The notes beneath the pieces were generated by a model. The model saw nothing but the letters and a program-made list of their open reading frames with translations. It had not been told where the DNA came from and made no database searches. From positions 32,041 to 96,040 of the forward strand of contig FLMG01002850.1 in NCBI GenBank assembly GCA_900088475.1: a DNA stretch of 64,000 nucleotides. The letters are read 5' to 3'. This DNA is from Hyphochytrium catenoides. Its lineage: Eukaryota > Protista > Hyphochytriomycota. Position numbers and translations under genes: made by a program. Shown piece by piece: positions 23,001 to 34,951 of this stretch (its first letter is position 1; each line of letters starts with the position of its first letter).

Positions 23001-26000
23001 TGAATACTGTGCAGAAGCTAGGATTCTTCAATGAAGTCAGGCATGCGTATGGAAGGTAAGGAACTTGGGGCAACTTTGAATTGTGTTGGACAACGGCAAT
23101 GTGGCACTCCACTTATCCTTCGCACGTTCGTATTTCGTGAGAGTGGGAGGACCAGGGAACAAGCGCTGTGTGGTTGCTAAGTTCGACACTATGTTCTTTG
23201 TGAGACCCCTTCTGTGGCTTCTCCATGCTTTTCCTTTTGAGTCTCTTGGCCTTGTGACCTCTTGGCTGTATTCTGCCCTCCTTTACATCAGCTGCTAAAT
23301 ATCAATGTTCAACATCATAAATCAATAGGACTGCGCTGCTTCTTTCAGGCGGAGCATCTGCAGGATTCTACCATCTTGGCGTCATTAAGGTACGTGTTCG
23401 TCATCTGCACTGTAATAACCCATTAGCCCGGCTTTCGTCTATGCTTTCTTTGCCTCTTCTTGATGCCTTTCACAAGTGCGACTCTGTCATTGGCTTTTCT
23501 ACTCGATCGATTACGGGCGAAGTAGGCGCCATTGGAGTACAAATCTCTGCTTTTCTTCCTTGACTTGGTTCTCTATTCAGGCGCTACTAGAGCAGCGCAT
23601 TCTGCCGCGCATTATTTCTGGCTCCTCTGCGGGATCCATTATAGCGGCTGTCGTTGCACACAGGACTGACGAAGAGCTGGTTGAGTTGTTTAAGCCAGGT
23701 ACGGGCCATCACTTGTCGTTTACTTCTGCTTCTGTGATGGGGGATCTTCCACCGCTAATGGCACCCACTCAAACGCGATGCCGCACTATAATGTCAAACT
23801 CTGAAGAAAGTGTTCCAACTTAACGAGGCTTCCCTCATAGGTGGGATTCACCTTGACTTCTTCGCACCGGAGCGCAGCTCGATGAAGCGGCACAACTCAA
23901 CCGGGAATCTTCGCTCAACTTGGAACGAGGGCATGATGCTTCTCCCGCAACCTCTGCAGCAGCTACTCTCCTTGCTAAGAGACTTCTTTTGGAAGAAACA
24001 GAAGTTAATAATGGACAGGTGATAAAACTTCGGATCTAGAACGTTATAAAGAATTGTTATGCGAGAAGAGATGACGTCTTGATGGGTATGCCTCTCATTC
24101 TTAGCCTTCCTCACTTCTTCTAACAACTTCTCATCATCCTGCTACGGTGCGCTTTGGGTTGGTCAATCGCTCATCTCTCCTGTCGTAGCGACCATCTGGG
24201 CCAGAACATTCGTCGAAATGTAGGTGGAGATTACACCTTCCAAGAAGCGTTCGACCGCACTGGGCGAATTATAAACATTACTGTTGCGACGACATCTGAA
24301 AAGGGAGTGCCCCGACTCCTGAACTATCTTACTGCGCCACATGTCGTGATATGGTACCGCCCCATACGATAAACCCTCTGTCTTTTGCACCGAAGTTCCG
24401 AAGTCGCGGTGGTGATATATATTTCCAGAAACCTTTCCTTGAGTAGCGACATTACCCTACTCATGTCTGCAGTGCCTGTTCAATGATCTCTCACCTTAGC
24501 TCCTTTAACTCTACTCAGGTCGGCGGCACTCGCCTCATCTTCTGTGCCCGGAGTTTTCCGTCCAGCCAAGCTGCTGGCGAAAGACAAGTAAGTTAGCTCA
24601 GAGGGATGTTAGAGAAGGGCCAAGAGTGACGCTGGCGCAGTTGGGCCCCCGCAGAAGTTGTCGCTACCTCGTAGCCTCACATCCCCTGGTCCTTGGCTTA
24701 GGTATGGGAAAATTCGCTATTGGCAGCAAGACGATCGAGGCGCGGCAATTAGCAAGTGGAGTGATGGCAGTGTAGAATGGGATCTACCTATAGACCGTCT
24801 GAGAGAGCTGTTTAACGTGAACACCTTCATTGTCAGCCAGGTACGTGGATGTTTTCTCCTCGCGCTCTGCACCACCCCTAGGGTTGGAGGCTTCCCTATC
24901 TATAGCTGTAGCCTATCTGCCATCCCTTTCAAGTGTTTCGCAAGCTTGTTATCCTTGTTGCTCTTACTTCTTTCTCAATATCAGGCTTTAGTCTATTGTA
25001 CTTTCTTCTTCACCCTCCTGCTTCCAGCCCTCTCCACTATCGACACGCTACCCAGAGTCTCAACTCTTTGGAGTCTCCAGAGGTCATGCTGCATGCTATC
25101 CCATTGATTGTAGTCATGCCGCTTTCATGCTCTCACAGGTCAACTTCCACGCATTGTTCTTGGTTTCAAGCGGGGGTAGCAAGAACATGTTGATGGCCCT
25201 CAGTAACTTTCTAAGAGCGGAGGTGAAGTCCTATATTCAAAACCTCAGTGAAATTGGGACCAGAACCTCTACCTTCAAGCCCCTAGGACTAGCCATAGTA
25301 AACCTCTTAACGCAAAAGGTAAGCGAACGGAAGAGGCTGAGTGGACATACCTATGTTACTCTGATGCTCTATTATCCGGTAAAGTATGAGGGAGATGTTA
25401 CAATCTTCCCAACACATGGCGAGTCTTTGGCACTGATACTGCACAAAGTTCTTTCGAATCCAACCCCCCAGGTAGGAACTCCCTTTATATCTTTGTCTAC
25501 GGGTTGCTACACATTCCGTAAGAGAGGATCTTTCCACACCTATCTGTTGTCGTCTCTCCGTGGACCTGTGGGTCCTCTCCCCTCTCCATCTTAACCTCAA
25601 TGTATAAAGAAGGTCGCAAAGTAACGCCTACTGGTGCCCGTAGGAGCTGGAGCATATTATCGCTCTATCAGAAAGGAATACCTGGCCAATGGTCCCACGG
25701 CTGAAGACTTTGCTGCAAGTTGAGATAGCGATGGACATCTGCGTGCAGAGGTGCCTTCCTAGCCTACCATTACTTTCTTCAGTTTTCGTCCATTTATTTA
25801 CTGATATGTCATCTTAATATTCTCTGGTTCCTTCCGCTTTATCTCTTATCCTGGGGCTTAGAGACTTCTTGGTCCATGCATGTATATGATCTCTCTCGTA
25901 AGCATAGTTCATTGTCTGATCGGCGTAACGTTAAACCAATCACCTCAGGTTACGGACACAACTGGCAAGGGAAGCTGAAGACATGGAAGGCAGCAATGAC

Positions 26001-26663
26001 AGTGCAGGATCAAGCCCATCACACAAGCAAAACATTGGCCGCATTCCGTCGTTCTTCACATCGTCCAGGTTAGCAAAGTTCTATCACTGTGTCGTAGTCT
26101 TAAGTTCTTCTCCATCACCTAGCGGTGACCTACTTGTCTACTCCTTCCCCTCTTAATCCCTTCCCCTCTTAATCCCTTTGGTTCAAGTGCTTAGTGCCAT
26201 TTTACGAGTTAAAACTAACTAACCAACACCCGACCGGATCTTCTTGGTTTGACTCTCCTTTGCGGAACTTTGCCTGTTGACAGTGGTGATCGCTTGGTCT
26301 CGCTAGCGGATAGCCAACAACCTCCTCTGGAACCCGGTAAGAAGCTGCTTCCTCTTGGTTTGGGGTTCGCACGTTTAGCTACTTGGCCTTTTGTTATGAA
26401 TGTGGTTCTGGTTCTTCACCCTCCTTCCTAGTCTTTTGCTCATGCTTATGTTCTCCCAACCTACATGCAAACTCCACCTGCATCTGCTTGGTGTGTGTGC
26501 CTTTTGCTGTTCAGCTTTAGCAGGCAGTCCAATCCTTCAACTTCAAGAGCTAGCAAGCCGAGAAGGGCGCTCAACGGGTCGGGAGCAGGAGACTAGTGGG
26601 ATAGGCAGTAGGAAGACCTCTATGTCCAACTTCTACTATCGGCATTGGGACCAACGGCAGTAG
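20050..26663 (+). CDS. SDP1: Patatin-like triacylglycerol lipase SDP1/TGL4-type (DUF3336 + patatin), paralog A; many exons, start uncertain, interrupted by an N gap
   Basis: SYREWRQ|EAAKYD (DUF3336), [33 protein letters not shown] (GxSxG), [32 protein letters not shown] and WSDGSVEWDLPIDRLRELFNVNTFIVSQ|VN. Confidence 0.9.
22622..22669. other. Assembly gap (48 N) inside lipase A; likely hides part of an exon
   Basis: Run of N. Coding resumes mid-exon (EKLWERSLLGTKHIVHEYQ). Confidence 0.95.
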
Positions 26664-27534
26664 GGTATCCTGCTTCTGTAAGGCCAACTTGTCCTTCAGT
26701 ATCTCTTAGACTAAATAGTCTAAGCACGAAGCTGGCAAAAGGTTCAGCTCTTGATCAACTCTACGACGCTTCAGCGTCTCGACAATACCATGCGTGGCAC
26801 ATAGATGATGGCTTCCGCCGCTAGGGACGACCAGCAGTAGCGGCCCACTTACAATTACCACTCGACCAGCGTACAAGGCCTCAACCGATATCAAAGCTAC
26901 TTGCAAGCTAGATACCCGAGCCGCTCATCTCGTGGATACGACTCAAGGCTCTCAAGCCAAAGAAACTCTTTATGCTGCTCCTTGTAGCTCGGATCCTTGT
27001 TCTTGCCTCCTGCTGAAGAAGTTCACCATGTTGATGGTCCATCTATGGGCTCATCTAGCCATTGGAGCTTCCTGACATTCTGTCCGCCGCCTGCCTGCCC
27101 ATAGCTCTGCCCATCATGCATTTGAATGCGAGTAAGCTGGACAGCTGAGGATGCCTTCCTTATTCTCAAATATATTCCTCTACCGGCTCCGTCTAACAAA
27201 CCTGGCGATAATGCTAGAGTCATGATACTAATATAACCAGTCTTTGCTAGGGCCTAACCTTATATTGTCGCATTATCTGCTTAGCCTGCTGCTTTGCCTG
27301 AAATAATTGGCTTTTTGGTAGGATACTAGATAGGCGTTACATTATTAGACCAACAGAGAGCAGACCTGTGTGCAGCTGTTGGCTGCTGATGTGCATCACT
27401 CCTCGCTTCTTCCCTTGTCCCTCTGGTCCGTTCTGGCTCTCTTTGCTGTCTCTCGCACATCGTTCTTCCCCTGGTAGTACTACGTAGGCATCTTCGATGG
27501 CTTTCCTGAAGGCGGGTAGCTCCCGTAGTTCTAG

Positions 27535-30500
27535 ATGAGTGACAGCTCAGCAGTGCCATCATGCAGCGATCGTATCACCATCACTGACGAGGATCAACGT
27601 CCTACTGACTCTGCCGTTTGCCCTTTCTCGAAGGCGAGACTGAGACCCTTAGTGCAGAGATACTAACAGTTTGGGAGCACCGTAGAGCGAGCAGCCGAGT
27701 GAATGTCGAGAAATGAGATAAGTATGATAAGGATATAATAGTGCCGCCAAGGAAGACGGGATGGCTCTCGGTGGAATGAAAGAAGTATCGCTTGCTGCAA
27801 TTGAGTCCAGAGATGAAGGAGACAACGAAGAGGAAGCCTATCAAAGGCATCGAGAGGTTGGCAGACAAGACTTCAGTCCCCGAGGGACAGCCGATGGCAC
27901 AGTGCCAGTCCGTGAGAGATCACTCACGGATCTCATGAGTGAGGATGATATAGAGGCGCGATATAGAGGCTACGGGTTCTCGAGAAAGCTGAGGAAAGGG
28001 GAGAAGGAAGAGGCTGACGGAGATCCGTAAGTGTGGATGGACTTTCCGCGTCCTTTCTCCTGCCATTGCGTCTGTTGCCTCGCATTTTAGCGTGCTTTCT
28101 TTCAGCGTGCCTTCTGTCATCCCTAAACAGCTCTCTGAATTTGGCAGCCACTTGGTTGTTCGCCGGCCTTCACTTCCAAGCTCTATACAATTCTTGCCAA
28201 GCTTGCTTCAACACTTTTCTTGGATCTAGCTTGGTCTTTCTTGCTTCTCAATTGCTCTGGGCTCGCTTTCAACAGCCTGGGTGAATTTCTTATACCTGGC
28301 TAAGTCTAGTGATCTCTTACATTGATTCATCTCTCTTTGTGTTCCCGCTCTGTGCTATGGACTGCGGTTGCAGCGAGACCGGAAACACTTCTCCAGACCA
28401 GGCAAGCTTTGAGGTTAGGGTGTAACTCGTCTTTGTTAGCAGTCTTTTGCAGAAGGACTAAGCTCCTTCTCCTTATTCCAAGGTCTATCCTCCTTCTAGC
28501 AAATGGCATTGACCTCTTCAACTGTCTCCTTACGATGTTTTCCTCTAAATTCTTGTTGTACGTATTCTTTCTTCTATTCAACTTCCCTCTTGCTCGCTGT
28601 CACCCAGTGTCCTTCGTCCTGAATCTTACCTACTCTATCTTGGTTATTGCAGTATCTCCACTCCTTCCACGAGCCGCCACTCTCTTCTGGCAAGGAACCA
28701 ACAACCAGCAGTCGCCCTGCATTTCGTCGCCAGTTCTCCATCCCTATCGTTGGACCAGCGACTGGAGCAGTAAAGTACAGAAGCGGCAGGCTTGCTAGTC
28801 CGCAGCAACAAGAATCATTCTCCTTGGTTAGCATCCTCCTTCCCGCTCTCTCGCTGTCTCTTCCCTCCTCTCTTTCTGTTCGTCTTCTACTCTTCTGCCC
28901 TTGCTCGAGTGTCTTCTCCTGTGAATACACCTGTTTGGGGAGCGTCCATGCCTGTCGTTCTCTTCATTTACAGCCTCCTCACTTTTGCTATTCACCCGAT
29001 TATTCACTGCCATCCGCATGCTGTACTCCTATCTTATCTCTTGGGCCAGTCACGTTCTCATAACCTTACTCTGCTTTCCTCTACAATGGTGGGTCGGCTC
29101 TTGGTTAGAGTGATATAGACAGATACCTCGGTAGGACAAAACCTCCAGCGGTCGAGGTAAGCTGAGATAACGACTAGGCTTCATCTGCCTTCAGCGTCTC
29201 TGATCGCCTTAACCTCTTTGGGTACCAACACTAACCGTCCTATCTTCCCGTTTGCTGCTCTTCTTATGATCTGGTTCCTTTTAAAATGCTACGCTCACTC
29301 TGTCTCTAAGATGTGTGTCGCTTATGCCTGGTCTCCCTCCTCGTGCACGCAGTACTTGATGGTTGAGGTCATCGTAACGAGGAATATATGCAACCTTAGC
29401 CATCTGGGTCGCTGGGGCCACTCCGCCATTAGGTATACCTGACTCGTAATCCATTTACGTCTAGGTTCTGTGAGCTCACCTATTCACTTTTGAGTTGTTT
29501 TCCGTCCCACCCCGTGTCATTACGGCTCATCCCTCTTTTTCGAGTGCGAGAAACCTTTGAGTCTGTCTGCTCCCTCGCTATTGAGCTGCTCTCACCTAAC
29601 TTGGTACCTTCAATAAGCTGAGCAAGAAGCTCCTAACACTTCTTGCTGCGCTGGATATAGATACACCACGCCAAATGGCGATCAGAAGCTAGTGAATATA
29701 TGCAGGCCTTCTGATGGTCAGGAGCTGATCGAGTTCTATGATGATCCAGCCGACTACATCCTCGGGATCAAAGGAAAGGTAAGCTTTACCACTTAATCGT
29801 GTGAGGAGTAGAGTCAAAATGAGAGAAACCAAATTACCGAGAAGCCACGTCTGTGCTGCTTGTCCTAGGCTGTCTCTTGCACGGCATCCTATCGAATTCT
29901 CTCCTCTGACGCAGCTACCTGTCTTTATGCTTCTTTACATGGCGTGCCTCAACTACCCACCATCTCGCGACGCGTTTGCGACTCCTTCGAGGTCGATGAC
30001 TGCCTTTTCTGTATTCCGTCTCGTTACAGTTCCTTCTTCCAACAATTGACTAATATCCTCATCGCTCTCCCCATCAACTCTATTGCTCGTCTCGCTATAG
30101 GGTGGAATATTCTCTCGCGACATCGTAGGCATTCGGATAGAGGAGTTGAACTCATCCTCTCTTTGGGCATTACACTATCACTTTTTGTCTGTGGCAAATA
30201 GATTCCGCGCGGATGGAAAGGGCGTGAGCTTTAGCATCACCGGAGGATTCTGGCACAATGCTCTTCGTTCGTTCTTCAGGCTCCGCAGGTTGGGCAGTTC
30301 CATTTCAGCTCCGCATACCTTCTGTGGCATGGATTATCCTTACTTCCAGCAGTTTTGGGTCTGGAGTTTCAAATGCGACGCGCTTGCCCGTCTCTTCTTC
30401 CTAGCATTCATAGTTCTATCCATCGTACTGTTCTGCCTGCGCTCCTTACCTGTTGTGAAAGAGTTCCCACATGTGTCCCCGCTATCCTTGGCCCCTTCCA

Positions 30501-31977
30501 AAGTTAGCGGAGCGAGGTGCCCGACCCTTGATGCTGACCAATTGACCATTTCTGATGCCTACTCTGTCTCTTTCTCCCTCACTGCTGTGGTTTTCCCGTA
30601 TCCATATTAAACCCTAGTAAACCTACTGGTAATTGCGCTCGTTGGGTCTCGAACGGACTGTGCTGCGCAAACCTGCTAAGCAGAGCGAGCATGTTCCCTA
30701 AGTTCGTTTTTGTAGAGGTGTTGGAGGATCAGGTGCATTCCTGGCTCGATAAGATAGAGCAGCAGCATGTCTGTCTCAATACGTGAATCTTATCGCTCCT
30801 GCCCCTTTCTGTCCAGTTCGCTCAAAATCAGGAGAATGTCCACGTCGTGCACTACCGTCGGATCAAGGCAAAAGCTAAGCAGAAAAAGCATCTGAAGACA
30901 GGTAAGATGGTATCATCCATGTATAGTTCTTCTCTGTCTCTTACGGCAGTCGTTCCTGCATATGCATACATCCGGCGATGCTCTCGAAGGCTACTCCTTC
31001 CTCAGCGCGAACTCTTTCTTGATTTTCTCGCCCCGAGACGTCTTCAACAATCTTTACTACTGGGATCTCAGCAAAGTAGCAGATGTCGTGGTGGATAACA
31101 GGTAAAACTAGATCACGAGTTTGTCACTCTTAGCTCCTCATGCCCTCTTATGGCTTCTCTCGAATCCTCCTGCGACAATCCTTTCCACTCCACCCACTCG
31201 ATTCCTGTATTGGACAGTCTCTGTATCACTGTGTCTAACCTTGACATCCGTTCAGTGAGGCCGCGACCCTGGAAGAGTTATCTAACAACCTACAACTGAC
31301 GGTCCAGAAAGGCAGAAAGCGGAGATTGCATCCCGCAATCATAACCTTCTTGAGGGTGCTCTCCCCCCTATGGTTCTTAAGGTACTCATGAATGGCATAC
31401 CCTCCACTCTTTCTTTAGTTTCCTCTCTGAGGTTCTTGGTTAGCTCCGCTGCAACATGTCGCTCGCGCGGTAAGAGCACATGAAGAGACGTGCCCTCCTT
31501 GATGTTCTCAACTTTGCTTCGTAGCTTCAGATCGGCGTCAGTGGCTTACGATCGTTAGTGATGTTCTCAACTTTCTAGCATTGTAGTGGTATATATCTTT
31601 CTCTGTCCGGAAGGGAGCTCAGCCGTTGAAGGAACAGAGGCAGGAGACAGGATTTTCTCTTTGGATCCTTAGTAAGATTGCTTATCTTTCTGCTTTGTCA
31701 AGGCGAATCGACGCTTGTACAGCACTCTTCCTTCATAACTGTGTGGAAGTCTCTTCTAGTTACGCTCGCCTTTATGGCGTTGCCAGCAGCTCTCTCTCCC
31801 TTCCAACCACAAGCTGTTTACCTGTCACAGAAACATGTTTATCTCTTTGCGTTAACCTCTCTTCCGTTCGTGATCACCCTCTCTCGCAGTTGTGACTCTA
31901 ATTGGCCCCGGAGTCTGGCGCTAAGAGTTAGCGTAGCGTTCACGGTGGTTTTCCTGGTTCAAGTGTGGCTTCGATGA
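27535..31977 (+). CDS. Uncharacterised membrane protein, putative permuted papain-like enzyme, paralog B; at least 10 introns, start uncertain
   Basis: Spliced KPPAVE|YLMVEVIVTRNICNLSHLGRWGHSAIR|YTTPNGDQKLVNICRP...DYILGIKGKG|GIFSRDIVGIRIE...SLWALHYHF...|SKPTGNCARWV...SMFPK...NVHVVHY...|YCDSNWPRSLALRVSVAFTVVFLVQVWLR*, colinear with paralog A. Confidence 0.8.
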
Positions 31978-32336
31978 TGTCCTAGCAGATTCCAGTGGAT
32001 AGACGTACTTCAAACTTCCTTTGCTCTGGACTAGATTATCTTTACGATGCAGTCTAGCGCTGCCGTAAGCTTATGCTTATAATACGACAACCCAGAGAAT
32101 GCATCGTCAGACATGAAGTGAACAGCATCAGCTTCCTGTCACTAGCGAGCGACCCGTCGGTCGGGTCAACTATACTGCCACCATCTACTGCATATCACCC
32201 CTGCAAAGCCTTCCCTGGTGTACTCATATATCAGAGCTCCTGACAGACTAGAGACTTGTCAGAGGTTGAGGGACATGCCGACATAGTCGAATAGCTAACC
32301 AAAGCAGGCTCGCTGGCGCTCCTGCTTATGGTTCAC

Positions 32337-32490
32337 TGGGGTTCAGGGTTCAGGGTTAACGATGATTCTTATTAGCCAGTACCGGCTAGATAGCCGATAA
32401 GACAAAGGGGCAATGAATGGAGGTTGTGGGTAAAGCTTCAGAATGCACCAACAGGCGTTTTTGAAGCTTCAAAAAGCGGCGCAAGCTTCA
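32337..32490. promoter_or_regulatory. LAS1 upstream region: telomere-like GGGTTCA repeat, 18-bp palindrome and three AAGCTTCA motifs
   Basis: GGGGTTCAGGGTTCAGGGTT at ~32338-32357; TTTTTGAAGCTTCAAAAA at 32458-32475; AAGCTTCA at 32433, 32464 and 32483. Confidence 0.4.
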
Positions 32491-32564
32491 TCGGGCAGCG
32501 CCAGGAAACTCTTGGCAGCCAGTCTAAGAGCTCTACACCAGTGGGGATGTGAAGGGAAGAGGTG

Positions 32565-34776
32565 ATGGCAGGTGCTCAGGCAGGGGGAGCACTAGCTCCA
32601 TGGATAGACTGGGCGGAATGGTTAGACGTATACAGAGCCATCTTTGCCCAGCCTTTCGAGCCTCGTAGGTGGGCCTTGAAGCGAGTGGCGGCGTGGCGAA
32701 ACCGATGCCGCCTTCCTCTTGCAGTCGAGGCAACCGCCCAACTCACAGAAGTTCTCCTTAGCGACACGCCTTACGCCTATGACATCTGCAGTAGCGCTCA
32801 TCGCTCAGAACATGAGCTTCGCTTGCTCTACGGGATGATTCTGACGAGGACGATAAATGGACTTGTCGATCCCGCTCAGCGAAGCCATGCAACATCCATC
32901 TCCACTCTGGCAAGCCAGGTATTGGCTTTGCTTTATTTACGACTCTTTTCAGTCTGTTTCTCATTCTCAGCTGACGACTGTCTATTCTTAGATTGGCATA
33001 CCTCTCTGGCTGGTTGATCTTAGACATCAAGCCACACATCAGCACCTACCTTCTTTGTCAACTCTACGTTTAGGCTGTGAGCATCTGCTGGGCTGGCTTA
33101 GGTCAGAGTACTGGGATCATCAATACAGACTACTTGGTCTGGAAGTAGATAGACTTTTCGGTCTTCTGAAGACGTGGGAAGAGAAGACTAGCGCAGCTGA
33201 ACCAAGTGGCTGGGATGGTGTTTGGAAGGAGCTGGAGCTAGGGAGAGTTCCCTTCCACACTGCACGAGCTGTCCTTGTACCACTTCTGGTGCGCGGCTCA
33301 GCGCTAGGATTCGATTGCTCTGATGGTGAGAGCTCAAGTTGCCTCGTCGCACTTTCCTCGCTACCCCTCAGGCTTACTCTTGTTGAAGAGCTGACAGATA
33401 TATATAGTAGGATTGCTCAGCCTTTCATCTAGACCACTCTGGCTCTGTTTCTTTTACTTTTCTGAAGTGCCTCACTGTTCAGGACCAAGGGTTGTTATAA
33501 AGAACGAAGTGCGGTGCGAGCTCAGCCCTTGCTGGCTCCACTTTGTTCGTCGACTACCTTCCAAGAAAGGATCCCCTCTCCTGATGCTCATTGACTCTTC
33601 ACTGCAGTATTTGTTAGACCTTACGGAGCGGACAGGACTGCCTGGTAAGACAGACATATGCTAACTAACTCTTGTGGAATGGTTCTGTGGCTCTAACGGT
33701 GGCAGCGCAGATAGGGAGGGCTTCCAAGCGACTATAGTGAACCAGCTGCGGCTATTGCAGGGCTTCTTAAGCGCATATGTTGGTTCAAGAGCAAATGAAA
33801 GGTTTCGCTTATATCAACTGCACACCTCTTTCATGCCCGTTTTATCCTAAGCTGGAGCCTCTCTCAATCTCAACCTGCCTTACGCCGCACCTGACTCATT
33901 TTTGGATGCTCTGTGGCCTACCAGCAAAGCCTCAGATCCCCTACCGGAGCGGTTGTGTTACCTTCTTCAGAGGGTGGCCGACGTTGTAAGAATAAGATGT
34001 GTGAAGGGCGAAGGAGAAGCGCTGGACGTAATCCTCCGTACCATTGAAGACTACGGCCTTCGCTCTGTGGGATTGGAGGACCAAAGAGCTCCGGAAGTGG
34101 CTGAAGGTACCGAAGTAATGCTTGAGCGTTTTCCTGACTCAAAACATAGAGGAGTAGTAGAGATACATTGCAGGGTCAATGCCTAAAACCCAGAAGCAGC
34201 TCTAAAAAAGTGAAATTCTGGATAATGTGGGAGAGGGTTGGTCACCGTCGTCCTAACATTTATCCTTGAATGTATCTCCCAGGCTTGACGTGGCAATTAG
34301 TAGTTGACTGGACTCCAAAACGTGTTGGGGAGCCACCTGCTGGAGGAATTAATGCTCTTGAGCTCCCAGAGCACTTTGATGACCCTCAATCTGGCTGCGT
34401 CACGGTCGGTGAGGAACCCAAGTCGACTGAGGACAATACCACTAGGTAAGCTGGTTGGCAGGAAGGGGTAGGGGTTCGAGAGACCGACAAACCTTACACT
34501 GAAGCTGTGACCTTGAGAGGGTTTGGGCGAAGCGTGAGGCTTAATAGGCAAATCAAGACCGAGAGTCCGGAGAGCTTGGAAGAGCTCCCTTCTTACGGGG
34601 TAGACCAACAGCGGCAACATGGTTCTCAGTCCCGCAATTCATTAATATTTTACAGAATGGACTTGACACCGCGACAGCTGGACGAACTCATGGAAGCACA
34701 GGCGTTTCTGCCTTCTGACTATCATGCCAAGGCAGCTGAGAACGCCAAGCTACAGAGATCTATCCGCATTTGGTAG
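32565..34776 (+). CDS. LAS1: Ribosomal biogenesis endonuclease Las1 (HEPN), multi-exon
   Basis: PWIDWAEW...ALKRVAAWRNRCRLPLAVEATAQL...LRLLYGMILTRTINGLVD...|IGIPLWLVDLRHQATHQHLPSLSTLR...WLRSEYW. The RHxxTH HEPN motif is intact, and there is a C-terminal WTPKRVG motif. Confidence 0.92.
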
Positions 34777-34951
34777 CTCAAAGACAATTCGCAAATTGCG
34801 CCTTCAAACAGAATCTTGTTGGCCCGTGTCACCTTAGTTTTACGCAAACAGCGGAACAGCTCTACTTCGTGCGCACCTTCCAGAGTGACCCAAATGTCCG
34901 CAGTAACTATCGACCTAGAAGCTATTCAAGGACTCTTCATGACATGAAGCC

